Below are positions 1 through 12,792 of a stretch of DNA of 64,000 nucleotides, piece by piece. The stretch is from assembly GCA_017499595.2 (NCBI GenBank), contig CM039001.1, positions 496,001 to 560,000 on the forward strand, given 5' to 3'. Under the pieces are notes generated by a model. It worked only from the letters and a program-made list of their open reading frames with translations. It was not told where the DNA came from and ran no database searches. Position 1 is the first letter of the stretch, and each line of letters begins with the position of its first letter. Position numbers and translations under genes: made by a program. The stretch comes from Psilocybe cubensis. Its lineage: Eukaryota.

Positions 1-457
1 ATTCAGCCGTACTTCAGGGAAGACGAGATTTTTTGCACTATGCTGGAGAATCTGGGGTACCTGTGCCAGGACCGCTATAGCGACAAGGTGGATATCCTTC
101 ACCAGCTGGACAAGGCCATTTATGATGCTCGCATTAAGAGTTACAAATTGGAGGTTTCAGAATCAGCAGCGTCTGGACAGTGGAAAGGATCATGATGAGT
201 TCTTGCTCATCGTTAAGACGGCCATCGATGCGCTTGAACAAGAAGAGGCCGAGGAACAGAAACACGCTGCTGTGACTCCGTTAGGGGACCGCTCCAACGT
301 CGAGCCCGACACACCATCAAAAACCGAGAAATTTTGCAGCACTGTAGAAATTAAGAAACGAAAGCTCGATAGCGTTGATGGGGAGGAGAAAGCGGACCAG
401 AAGCGTGCGAAGGCCCGCCGCGAGTCAAATGAAAATGACCCTGAACAAGGTCTTTGA
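1..457 (+). CDS. 3' end of a gene entering from the left edge; possibly the C-terminus of a fungal-type (FunK1-like) kinase, possibly frameshifted
   Basis: Frame 1 from base 1 reads IQPYFREDEIFCTMLENLGYLC...; frame 2 continues ...DHDEFLLIVKTAIDALEQEE... with a basic KKRKL tail to a stop at 457. The family guess is weak. Confidence 0.3.
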   Translation, partial: FSRTSGKTRFFALCWRIWGTCARTAIATRWISFTSWTRPFMMLALRVTNWRFQNQQRLDSGKDHDEFLLIVKTAIDALEQEEAEEQKHAAVTPLGDRSNVEPDTPSKTEKFCSTVEIKKRKLDSVDGEEKADQKRAKARRESNENDPEQGL

Positions 458-1151
458 CACTTTGGCGCTTTCTGTTGTTACCTGTGTAATGTGAAATTTA
501 CGAATGATTTTTGTTTATAGTTAGTTATGATGTGATGTTCACCACTGTACCGTACTCTTTTTCTTCGATCGTTGATGAAATATTTGACTTAAATACGGGT
601 CCGGCATTCAAGTCATAAATCACAATGATTCTGACGCTCGATACCATCTTACCATCTGATATAGTAGATAAAGATGAAAAGGCAGATAAACTTCAATTAG
701 AAATAAACGGGATAATTGACGAAGCAAATTCTTGTGTGCGCAGCATGGGGCGCTTCGCTTTGATAGCTGTGGACGCCATGACCCGGCTAGGAATGGCAAT
801 GTTACCGTTGCCGATGTCAATGCTGTCAACCCAATAGGCGCCGAACCTGAGGCTGGGACCCACCTCTGATTTACCATCTTGTAAGGTGTACATAACTTGA
901 ACAATGTTACAGGTCCTAAAATTTCAAAGCTTCGAACTAATCATCCATGCAACAATTCCTTTCCTTTCAAAGCTACAGCATACACAGCATACTTGAGAGC
1001 GAGTTTGTTTCTATCCAATCCACTGAAATTGTATCCCACTGAGCACAAGCACAACATCGTCATGAAAAAAAAAGCAACCGATCGCAAAAACAAGAAAAAA
1101 TTCATCAGATCATCCTCGTTCCTCATGCACGCACATACACCTCCCCTCGAT

Positions 1152-4100
1152 CTACCGCACGCCTGTAGGCGGCACCCACTCCGGCACCTTCCCCCACCCA
1201 AACCTCTCCGCAGCCCACGACTCCTTCGCCCACCCAGGCTGCATATCCGTATACACCCCCTCCGGCTGCGGGAGCATCGCGTCATACGGCGTCGTGCCGG
1301 GGATATACCGGAACTTGCTCTGCGAGGGCGAGGCAGAGGCTTGGAGGAGAGGGGTGAAGTCCAGCGCGAGCGCGGAGGATGCGGCGGCTGGTTTGGGTAC
1401 AGAGCCGAAAGAGTTACTACTAGAGGCGGTGGTGAATGAAGAGGGGAAGGCGGGGTTGGATGCACTCGTCGGCGTGTCCATCGAGACGCTCGTCGACGGT
1501 GCCGTGCTTCCGAACGGTCCCGCCCCGCCTCCAAATACAGACCCCGTATTGTTCGCAAGGTTCCCAAACGCACTCTGCGTCTGTGCAGGCTGGCCAAATG
1601 CACTCGGCTGCCCGAACACGCTGCCGCCCGTCTGCTGTTGCTGACCAAACGCACTGGGCTGGCCGAACACGCTTCCTCCCGTCGTCGCCTGCTGCTGCTG
1701 CTGCTGTTGTTGTTGTTGAGTAGGCTGTCCAAACGACCCCTGCCCAAACACACTCCCGCCAGTATTCTGCGCCGCACCAGCACCAGCACCAAGCCCGCTA
1801 AACGCACTTTGCCCAAACACACTCCCGCTTGGGTTCGTCGCCGATGCCTGGGCCGGCTGCCCAAATGCGCCTGTCGTACTAGCAGGCTGGCCAAATGCAC
1901 CCGTAGTTGCAGCAGGTTGTCCAAACGCCCCTGTCGTACTGGCAGCTGGCTGTCCAAACGCGCTGGTCGTAGGCTGTCCAAACGCACCCGTTGTAGATTG
2001 GGCGGGCTGCCCAAATGCACCCGTCGTGCTGGCAGGTTGACCAAATGCACTCGTCGTGCTGGCAGGTTGGCCAAACGCACTTGTTGTGGTTGCAGGCTGA
2101 CCAAACGCGCTTGTTGTGGTTGTAGGCTGACCAAACGCGCTTGCTGTGGTTGCAGGCTGGCCAAACGCACTCGTCGTGCTGGCAGGCTGCCCAAATGCAC
2201 TCGTCGTGCTAGCAGGTTGCCCAAACGCATTCGTCGTACCAGCAGGCTGGCCAAACGCGCTTGTAGTAGTAGTAGTCGGTTGTCCAAACGCGCCAGTAGC
2301 CGTCGTCGTGGGCTGTCCGAACGCCGGCTGTCCAAACACATTTCCCCCTCCTCCTCCTGCCCCGGCACCACCACCAAACGCACTAAAGGCATTACCCCCA
2401 CCCCCACTTGCCCCTCCACCAAATACGCTCCCCGAGTTGGGGTTGCTAGCATTTGCAGCGGCAGCAGCTGCTGCGAACGGGCTCGAGCCGCCCACACCAC
2501 TGAACGCGCCGAACCCCGTCGCGGGTTTGATCAGCCCACCCCCAGCACCAGCGCCAGCAGCTTGGCCAAACGCGGACGGCTGACCAAAGACTGAGCCGCT
2601 CGGGTTAGTGGTTGTGGTCGACGTTGTACTTGAAGGCTGGCCAAAGGCAGACGGCGTCGTCGTCGCCGTGTTCGTTTGTTGCCCGAACGCAGATGGCTGG
2701 CCGAACGCCGGTTGGCCGAATGCGGAGGTCGTTGTCGTTGTGGCTGGTTTGGTGCCGAAGGCGGATGTGCCGCCAAAGGGCGAGTTCGTCGTGGCCAGGT
2801 TTCCAAACGCTGTTTTCCAACAAGAAAAAGATAGAATGAGTTAGGGTCAATGTTATACAGGTAAAATGTATGCAGTGCGTACCTCCTCCTCCTCCTCCCA
2901 ACGCAGACCCAGTTGCGTTCGTGTTCGAAGTAGAATTAGTATTCGAACTCGACGCCCCCCACCCCGACCCGCTCGGTTTGCTCTCATTGCTTCCCCACCC
3001 ACTTCCACCCGCACCGCCCCATCCAGAGCCAGACGCCCCGCCCGGCGTAGGACTCGGGGAGCTCCAGCCCTTGTTGTCTCCCCAGCCCTTGTTGTCTCCC
3101 CAGCCCTTGCCGTCTCCCCAGCCTTTGCTGTCTCCCCAGCCCGACTTGTCGTTGTCGCCCCACCCCGGGGACTTGGTTCCCTCGCGCCCCCAGCCGCCGC
3201 CTGTGGTGTTGCTGCTGCCCCAGCCCGAGGTGGATGGGCCGGCAGTATTGGCGGTGGAAGAGGAGGAGGCCTTGTTGGCGCTGGCGGCTTCGAGTACGGC
3301 TGTGATTTTGCTTTGCTTGTATGCTTGCTCGTATGCTTGTTCTGAGTTTGCGCGTGCGTTCTATGAAACCGGAGAGGAAAGGGGGTTAAGAGGATGAATG
3401 AAAAGGGGTGGATAGAAAATACAGATTGGTTTAGATTGACAAACAATAGCACGAAATAGATAGAGGAAAGAACAACGCACAGCGAGGGCCTGATTCGCAG
3501 CTTCGATCCTGCTCGATTCATAATTTGTCTACCCAAAAGAAAAACCCGTCAAACACTCGGCGAAGCGAACGAGACAGCACGAAAACCCCTACATATTCGG
3601 CCAGCGTGCCGCTGCTTCGCGCGGCGTACGCTTTGACACGGAGCTCCTCGAAGCTCTCGTCTAACCCTGCCACGAGGAGCGGCTCGTGCTTGTAGGGGGC
3701 ATACGAGGACAGTGGCCAGCTCGGCTTTTCAGTCGCAGGGTTCAGGTCGTTGGCTATGTTCGCTGCACTGTATTTATACAAGTAAATTGAGAATCGCTTG
3801 CTTTGTAGGTGTTCAGCGAGAGGCACACGGACTTGTAAGGCAAAGCTAGCTTCCCCGAGCCTGAATTGGCAGGCTTGTTCCAAAGATTGCTGCCTGATAT
3901 CGACGTAGGCATCGATCGCAAAGGTGGTGGGTGTTCGAGTTGAAGAGGTAAAAAGAAGAAGAGCCAAGAAATCAGAAATCAATTAGGATTTGCATTACAC
4001 TATAGCGAGTGGCCCTAGCACACACCTCCTCCGCCGCCGCCGAATTGGGGCAGCGCATTTGCGGGGTGTTCGTTCCTGCACGAGTTGCCGAAGCGACAGG

Positions 4101-4246
4101 TCCCCCGCAGAAAGTACTGACACACAGTCTGTGGATGGTGAGCGCTTATTCGCCGTACATTAGAGTTGGACTGACCATTAGATTTAGGTTCAAAGGAGAG
4201 AAACACGCCGTTTGGATCCTGATAGCATCGATTACATAACCATCAT
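1152..4246 (-). CDS. Amo1/Nup42/NUPL2-like nucleoporin: N-terminal CCCH zinc finger, GW-repeat exon, long FG-repeat region (spliced)
   Basis: Zinc finger TVCQYFLRGTCRFGNSCRNEH (4128-4066), then the Amo1-like block DLNPATEKPSWPLSSYAP...DESFEELR. Dozens of AFGQP repeats follow, and the C-terminus FGWGKVPEWVPP resembles the Nup42 Gle1-binding tail. The start ATG at 4246/4243 is inferred from a GT...CAG intron (4240-4129). Confidence 0.8.
1845..2335 (-). repeat. Coding tandem repeat (about 30-bp units) encoding AFGQPASTT-type FG repeats
   Basis: Repeated ccaaa(c/t)gc...gcagg(c/t)tg units on the + strand translate to AFGQP(A/T)(S/T)TT on the - strand. Confidence 0.9.
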
Positions 4247-4296
4247 TTTCTGACCTCAACGCCCTCCAGCCTTGCTCATCATCGCCATCGACGACA

Positions 4297-6172
4297 ATGA
4301 AGGCGGACGAGTCGACCCCGACACCGACCCCAACACCGCAGACGCCCGCGCCCGTTGTTCAGACGTACACCTCCCAATGGGCCTCTACACGTACGTCCCC
4401 CTTTTGACAAGTCTCACCACAAACCTGCTCACATCGTCCAGCGATCCAGCAGCCCGGGCAGCACCCAACGTAGAGCACCTTCACACTCTCCAGAATACCA
4501 ACGCTGACGACTGTAATACAGGGCATCTTACTACCAACCGTATACATCGCACTACCCACAGGCTGCATATGCCACCCACTACCAGGCCTACGCTCCACCA
4601 CAGACGCCCACTGCCACCACGTCCACAACACAGCAGCAGCAGGCCGCTGCTGCGCGCCCGACGACGACGACACCTGCACCGACAGCTGCATACCAGACGA
4701 GCACGTACAATCTTAGCACGGCTGCCGCGAACACGACGACAACTGCCAATGCTGCGAGCAGTAGCAGTAATAATAACAGTGGCGGTATGGATACGGCGGA
4801 TGTCGCTACGCTCAACGATGCCCTGGGAAGTGCAGGCGTCGATCTTCGCGTACGTCGTGCTCAAATATCCTTTGTTTCCATCTCCAATCTAACTGGCCTC
4901 CTTTACTGAAAGGCCGAGGAAGAATCCCTTCAACGTTCCTCCGACCTCTCTCACCCACTCACATCCTCACTGCACCATTCCCACAGCTACCACCGTCCAT
5001 ACGAAGACCGCACCCGCAAGGCTCCCCAACCACCGCACTGCTTCCCGACACATGTGATCGGTCCAACCATGCGCACCGTCGCGACGAACCACAAAGTCAC
5101 CCGCGTCACCGACGACGCCGTCAACTACCTCGCCCTCGCCCTTCGCGCGCGCATACACGACCTCATCAAGGGCATGGTCGCCGCCGCGCGCCACCGCACA
5201 GATGCCCAATTCGACCGCCCCGCACACTTTTACGGCGACGAAAACGCAGTCGATCCCGCCGCTACCGCTGCATCTACATCTGCAACAGCAGTCATCAAAA
5301 TTGAAGTCGACGGCGAGCTCGTCCCGGCGCCCGCGTCCGACAAGCCAAAAGACCGCACACCGATGTGGAGCATCGTCATCCGCAAAGACATATCCAAGCA
5401 GCTCGCCGCGCTCGAGAAGATCGAGCGCGAGGAAGAGCTTCGCGCGCGGAAGGAAAGGAAAGAGCGCGCAGAGCTCACCGCTGCACATGCCGCCGCGCTC
5501 GCCGCACAAGCATCAGGTATGGCATCTGGCTCAACAGCATACGGTGCAGGCGCCGCCGGCGGGGCCGCTGGCTCCTCTGCCGCTGGTGCTGGTGCTGCAG
5601 GTGGGGACGGAGACGACGGCGATGGAGGCGCGAATCCCAAAAAGAAGCGTAAGAAGGATGGTCCGGGTGTGACGGCGCGCAACATGTCCGAAGACGTGCG
5701 CAAGAAGATGTCTAATGCGGTCGCGAGTCAGGCTGCGGGGCTCGGTGGACGGTATAGCTGGATGACGGCCGCGAATGCGGGCGCGGCTGCGACGCCCGTT
5801 AAGCCCAAGCCCGCTACTACTACTACTACTACTCCTAGTGCTACTACCACTCCTGCACCTACAGGGACGTCGGGCGGTGATGCAGCCGCAGCTGGCACTG
5901 GCACGGGTTCAACGGGGACGGCGGCGGCAGCAGCAACGACACCTACATCCTCCTGGGCACGGCCCTACATCCCGACCAAAAAACCCGGGTTCTCTTCTTC
6001 GCTCGCGTCCTCTGGCACTACCAATGGCACGGCGAACGGCACGGGTGGCAAAGAGGGCGAAGGCGACGCGGAGAGCAAGAAAATATCTGTCACAATGCGA
6101 GATGCCATGTTTGTCGTTGAGAAGGAAAGAGGCCACGGGGCGGGGAGGGGTGCCGCCCGTGGGTGGGTGTAG
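4297..6172 (+). CDS. TAF4: TFIID subunit TAF4 (spliced)
   Basis: ATG at 4297 (MKADESTPTPT...). The motif DVATLNDALGSAGVDLR|AEEE spans an intron at about 4850-4912. Histone-fold segment VNYLALALRARIHDLI, then MSNAVASQAAG and the C-terminal VTMRDAMFVVEKER. Confidence 0.88.
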
Positions 6173-6777
6173 ATGCAGATGCGGACTTTTATTGAACTTC
6201 CCAATTCGTATGGGTTTCCCCAGGAACTTTCTTTCTTTTTTTCTACTCACCTGCTTCTTGCTTGATTGATTGCCTTGTTGGCTGTATGTACCATGTATTT
6301 TAGCCTACCAACTTACCTTACCCTTCCCATTACACCCTAGACCAACAAGGGCCCCCATCGATGATCATGGTGTTTGAAGCCAAGGTCGGCGCCTATTTGC
6401 TGACGGCATCTGATTGACACTTACATCGGGTTATGCCGTGCCGGATCCTCTTTCGTATTTGAAGCGCCCACTCGCATTGCATGAATATGTACGTGGTACG
6501 GCAGAAACCACGTACATACACGCAATATAAGTAGTAGAAATATGTTAGAGCTTTTATGATTTTCCTCACTTTTCCTAGATGTTTACAAGATGTTTATGCC
6601 TATCAAAGTCAAGCAAGTTGCACATCGAGGTGGAAAGGCTTTGGGTGAAAAATTTTGCAGTCTTTCAAATAGAATAACAAAGGTAATCATATACAACATT
6701 TATGCACTTTGGTTGGTTAACATATATTGATTTTCTTTTGCCTCTAACAAGCGTCAAGAGTTGGTCCCATATTTCTT

Positions 6778-9700
6778 CTACTTCGTCGGAGCAACAGTCT
6801 CCAATTTGTTGTGGAAATGACGAACAGCGTTTTGCCAGCCTTTGATCGTTCCAGCGGTCATCTCGCCGTACATGTTGCGAGCGTGAGGAACATGCGCCGC
6901 GTCTTCGTCGGCAGTAGGCTCAGAAGCGACGTTGAGTGCATCAGAATCGACGTAAATATTTCCGACGAGCGTGATAGTGCCTTGTGTAACGACGGGCTGG
7001 TTCTTGATGTCGTGGAGAGGGATGGGATCCATTGTCGATGCCGGGTATGGATCTCTGTACACTTTGACGCGGAGTATTTGCCCGGAGCTGAAGAAGAATT
7101 GGTTGGTGATCTTGAAATCTTTCATGAGCGGGAAGGGCTGCATGGATGCCTCGTGTACGTTCTCAGCAACAACAATGAGGCCCTTGGCGAGGTCCTCGCT
7201 TGACACCTCGTCGTCGAATTTGTACTGTATTTCGCCAGCACTCAGATGGATGTTAGGAACGACAGTAATGACATGGTCGAGATGAGCGTGTCCTTGAGTC
7301 CCGTAGAAATAGAATGGCATCAACGATGGGTACGCAGATTCCAGGTCCTCAGTCATCAGAGAGCGCTTCTTGACTACTTTAATGTTTGAAATCTTCACTT
7401 TGAAACTAGTTTTCCTGTGCATTGCAATGATGTTAGCTTGTCAGAGGTAAAATAAAATCAGATGTGTACCTCTTTCCGATGGTGAGTATGCCATCAAATG
7501 ATCCTCCGTCAACGATTTCGTCAAGGCGGAGGGGCACAGTGTTATGTACAATCACTGCTTCAACTCTTTCATGGGCATGTATCGCCTGCCGAACTTGGCC
7601 TTCAACATTTACTGAAAGGATGATTTGGCGACGGCCGCTGGCCATATGGATCGTTGGGGTGTGGACAAGATAGTATTGCTCTCCTGAACCATGAAGAAGG
7701 AAGGTGTGAATGCTAGGTTTCATATCGTTGCGGATCCGTGCATACTATTATTATAAATGTGTATGAGTAAAGCATTTCATTGAAAAATTATGTGCAAGCC
7801 TTACCTCGACCTCCTCCTCAACGATCTTTTGGAAGGTGTTTGCCAGAGTTCCCACAAAGTCGTTCGTTGTAGTAAATGGAGACATAACGACGTTCCTCAG
7901 GACTATAACATCCTGGTCACCAACAAGTCCCATGCGTCTCTTTACTTCGGTTGCACAGACGCCGTATTCGGACTGTTTCAAGGTGGTTGAGCTGAGGAAG
8001 AATGGCGTATGCAATGGGTTCTCCTCGGCACTTGTAACAGAAAAGCGTTGGAAAATACGGTTATTGAGCCAGTTGGCTTCCTCGACGTCGGTGTTGAGAT
8101 TATTATCGCGGTCGCGGAAGTTGCATGCGAAAACGTTGATATTGAGATCGGACCCAAGTTGGTGCAAGAGTTCCATAGCCTCAGAATCGTTGTATATTTC
8201 CTCGTTCGACTTGAACAAAATACGATCCCTGATGAACTGCTTTTGCTCTTCGACCTTTGCAGGGTCAGCGTTGGGGTCGATGTCAGCGGGGATGGGATTG
8301 AACGGGGTGACAGTGAAACTGGTAGTATCGGTAGACATTGCAGACCAGTGAGCAGCATACTAAATAAAGTGCTAAGTCTTCGTTGAGATGTACATGAATA
8401 GCACAATAACTTACTCGGCGACAAGTAAACATTGCCTGGCCAAGAAGGTTCCCGTATCCAGAAGGAGTCAGGCCAATGGTTTCGTGCGCCATGAATACCG
8501 CGGATGCTGCTGCACCAGGTTTGCTGTAGTACGTCGATTGGGTTACAACAACGTGGTAGAAGTTTCAATGCACTCACCTTCCTTCAATCCCGTATATACC
8601 GATACTTTGGCCCTCATTGCCTTGGGCAAGGTAGGGCGCGGACCATGTAAGCAGGTACCTCATCCTTCCGTCGCGATAACAGAGTGCCCCAGCAGGATAA
8701 GGAACATAGCCTGCCTTGTGCGGGTCGATAGTAATTGAATCGGCATACTTTATATGGCTGAGTTGTAACGCGCTCTCCTCGCGCAGACCGACGTGAGGGA
8801 CAAAGCCCGAGGTAGTGTCCTCTTTGGGAAGCCTAGTCCGGTTTCGACCCAATGTATCTTTGGGTAGCATGGTTGCAAAATAGCCTCCCCAAGCAGCATC
8901 TGCATGGATGGCAAAAGACAGACCCAAAGCTTCATACTTTTGGCGCAGCTTCAGGATCTCCGTAATGCGATCGACACCGCCCTCTTCGGTGGTACCGATA
9001 ACAGCAACTACTTGGTATACTGGCGTCTCCTCGTCCAAGCAAATTTTTAACATACGATCGAGTTCGTTTATGTCCATGTGGGCTTGGATGTCTACTGGGA
9101 CGTTGCGAAGGTTGTCTGAGCCAATACCGAGCACAGCTATGAACAAAAACAGCGATTAATTCCACATCACATCCAACTTGTTAGTCATACCTGCAGCCTT
9201 TGGCCAGGAATAATGGTTTGTGCTCGGGGATAAAACGACAGGTTGTTGGGTAAGTCCCCAACGCTGCATCAACGTGTCTTTGTTGGTAGACTGGATGATA
9301 TACTTTCGCATAACCTTTTCGAGGAACTGAGGTGAAATATTGTACTCGTCGTGCAGACGGTCGGGCATGTCTAAGATAGTAGAAACATGCAAATTGAGGA
9401 GTTCCCATGGGCTGCAATCCTTCAATAATTTTTTGTCACCAACACAGGTTTTGACGGAGAATGTGTCACGAATGAATTCCATCTCTGCGCCTTCGGCTGA
9501 AGCATCACGGAGTGAGAGAGGGTAAAACTTGAGGTTTCGCGCTATAGCGGAGGAACCATTGTAAGATGTAGAATGGATAAAGTTGTGGTCATAAGCTGCT
9601 TACCCGCCCTTTCAAAAGAGAGGAAGTTAGTAGGTCTCGGATTAAATGCAGAACAGTGACTTACCACATCGCTTCCAGGTTTGCAACAGTTCCACCTGAT

Positions 9701-10281
9701 GCAATATGTCCCCAGGCGAGAGGTTCCTCGGTGTTATTTAGCCGATTATAACCCAGCATCTCAGAGAGTTGCAAGCCAACTTCTTCCTCGATGAGGGTAG
9801 TGAATGGACTAGCCTCGAAGGCAACATTGTTAGGATTGTAAAATGTGGTCGATAAGAATCCGAGAATGGCAGGTAGACTTTGGTCTACAGACATATGGCC
9901 GCTGTACCGAGGAGAGAAGAAAGGAATGGACCTTTCACCGAGTGCAGTCAATAATTCGGTGAGATTGGAGGTGATTACTTTAGTAGTCTGAGTAAAGGCG
10001 GGGGAAGTTTGCATGTCTGTAGTAATAAAAGCCTGTCATTCAACCATTCGGTTGTAAGTAGAAATATCGAGGTGTGTATATTCAACAGTGCCACTCACAT
10101 TGTCATCCGGGAAGTATGCATCGCGGGCAGCCTTTTGCTGTGCGACAACCGTGGTCAACCATTGCTGGAGAAATGCGGCATTTTCTGCTTTGGGACCCAA
10201 GAACAGAGCAGATATACGTTCATGGTCGTCACTCGAAGGAACCCGATAGCGATGAGTAATGTGAGGGTGACTGGAAGGCAT
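6778..10281 (-). CDS. ncAAAD: Non-canonical Ca2+-activated aromatic L-amino acid decarboxylase, copy 1 (PLP-dependent group II decarboxylase with C-terminal appendage domain)
   Basis: Begins MPSSHPHITHRYRVPSSDDHERISALFLGPKAEN; contains GGTVANLEAMW, IHADAAWGGY, the PLP lysine motif DPHKAGY, and WSAPYL; ends NKLETVAPTK. Matches my recollection of the P. cubensis PcncAAAD protein. Confidence 0.93.
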
Positions 10282-10338
10282 AGCAAAGCACTGGGCAGTG
10301 GGAGATGCTGTTGAGCTGAATAGCCTATGGAAGCGACA

Positions 10339-10345
10339 TTTTATA
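10339..10345 (-). promoter_or_regulatory. Putative TATA box of ncAAAD copy 1
   Basis: TATAAAA on the - strand ends 58 bp before the ATG, the same spacing as TATATAA before copy 2. Confidence 0.5.
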
Positions 10346-12792
10346 GGATATTTCCAGATACAAGGCTTCCATCGAGCGGACTATAGCGAACTAGAATAAT
10401 TGTTTGGTTGCTTCCATCGAAAGGGTCAGTACGAGAGTGGCACACCTGACGCATACGAGGGACGTGAAGCCAATTAAAGAAATGAATGGCATTGGTAGAG
10501 CAGCATAGACAAGGTCATCCGCAATAAAATTTAGGGTCAACGGAAGCAATGCAATGCATTCTAGCTGCTTTGGAGAGGGCGAAATAGAAATGTTCTGGCC
10601 ATCGTGAGGATGGCGGACGAAACATGCAGACCGGTTGAACCCTCGATCTTTTGATAGATTCGTCACGAGAACTAAGGCTGTAGCCCAGCATATGAAGCGA
10701 GCAAGTATGTGCAACTTGAATTGCGTTCTTTGCTATAGTGGAGATGTTCGATTCAACGAAATCTACGATTCGCAAACGCCATTCTTGCAGTGGAGCGGCA
10801 TCCGATAGTCTATCCCACCACTGTCTGGTTCCTGAAGTAACTGTAGATTAGAAATTGAACGAGTTCCATACCGGGACAGGTTGAACAAGTGTCAACTTAC
10901 TGAGCAAAGAAGCATAAGCTTGAACAATCGATGAGATGCCATCGTCCTTAGATGACTTTCTTGAACCATCCGGTGTCGTAAGTCGCGTTGCCCGTAGCAC
11001 TGATAAGATTCACCAATAAGATGCACAGCTCGAAAAATATGGCAAAGAAAGGAAAAGAGGAAGAGGCTTTAGTTAACCACGAACGTTTCAAACAACAGGC
11101 TTGAAGGTCGACATCGTTGTTTGCTCCGTGTTTGTCACTTGATCTCCTCTGGGCAATGGGGACGATAGGGGTACAGTTGTGCCTGACAATGACATTGCTG
11201 GCCCATCCCTCAGACTGTACAGTACAAACTAAAGAACGTTCACATTCAGTTTTGACTAACTCTAAATCTAGTATACGTATTCTAAACAGAACATCACATA
11301 TCAACGCAAAGCTAAAATTAGTTGGTCAGTGCATGAGCCAATCACACCAATTTAAAGTTGTTTCAACGAGTTGTCCCATTTAATGACATAGAACAGCGCA
11401 AAGTTTGTAAAAAAGCTCTGATAATCTGTTCAAGCGGTGGTTTATGATAGTCGGAAATGTTCTTAAAAGTTGCCCTATGACAGAGTTCTAACTGTCTATT
11501 TAGGAAAAGAAATAGTACAATATTCGTGGTTATTCACTTCGGAGCTTGAGCTCACTCAGGTACCTATAATAAAAAGAGAGTCCACTCGTGTTACGTATTG
11601 ACAGTCGATAATACGATTAGAAGCACTCTTTCAAAGCGTATTCTTGATCATCCCCCTTATTTCCCTTAGAGCATTGAATCAGGTCCTTCGGAAGACATAC
11701 CCACAAGTACTTCTCAAGGATTCTCAGTTTTGTATGAGAACGGATATCCTATTAATACAAGCTAACCTGATTTAGGGTCTTGAATGTGCAGGACGACTCT
11801 ATACTGCAGATAAATTTGAAGAAGAATAAAACAGATGTCCCTGTGGTGGGGATGTGGGGTTGGAAGTAGGTTAGGTCGCTTCCAGAATCGCCATGTCGCC
11901 GTGGTTTAGCGAAAATAACTCTGAACATTCGGTGGTAAGCCTCCTCCGTTCATCAATTCCCATGCATTTTCCACCACTCCATAGACTTGATTCAGCTGAC
12001 CTAGACGATACCATTGTAAGTCCTCCAAGTTTGGAGCCAGCTGACATTTACTGAATGCCTGAGTCGACACTAATATTGGTCTCAGGACCTTTTGGGCACT
12101 GGAAGATTAAGACCTTGATATTACCCAAATAATGAAAGATATCTTTCAGCGAAGATGAACTTTTACATATAGATGGTGTTAACGGGCTGTCCGAGCACAG
12201 CGCGTACACTGACAATCACCGGAAGCGAGTATTACTGCGCTACATCGCGAAAGGGGAAGTCGATTTCTTGCATTCTGGAATGAATTTATGTTGTTAGATT
12301 GAATATTGAATATTGGAAAACTGCTGGCAAACGTGGATATTGAAGAAGCTTGGGTTGAGCTAGTTGAGCTTGGGGGTCACTAGAAAAATAGCTGGTGCGA
12401 GGCTTAGGCTTGATGCGTGAGCAGGAGGCGGCAAATCCCGCAGAGGAATACCGGCACGGCGGCACCCACACATTGGCTTCGCATTGACGATGCACGGGCA
12501 CATGGAGCTTGTCTTCGCGCTTCAATATCCCCCGTCAAGGACCAACGCACAGTTTCTCAATCTTGTTGGGGAACATGTATTCAATCAGAGAAGATCACGC
12601 GTCACGTCGGAGTAGGGTTGTACCTCCTGTTTAGCCCACTTTTGAATTTGCCTATGATGATCACCAATTGGTACAGAAAAAGTGCAACTAGCGATTCGAC
12701 CACACTGCTGACAGAATATTTTGGGAAGGACAGTAGATCATAAATTAAGGATTAATCAAAACTAAAATTCACCTTACCTACCGTTCATAACA

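Noticed and set aside
620-904. Short ORFs between the first gene and the nucleoporin
   Set aside because: No recognisable motif or splice structure; cannot be supported.
897-3536. Long overlapping ORFs (e.g. 941-2500, 1638-2594, 2853-3536, 2870-3397)
   Set aside because: These are shadow frames of the GC-rich FG and GW repeat exons; splice phases support only the FG/GW frame.
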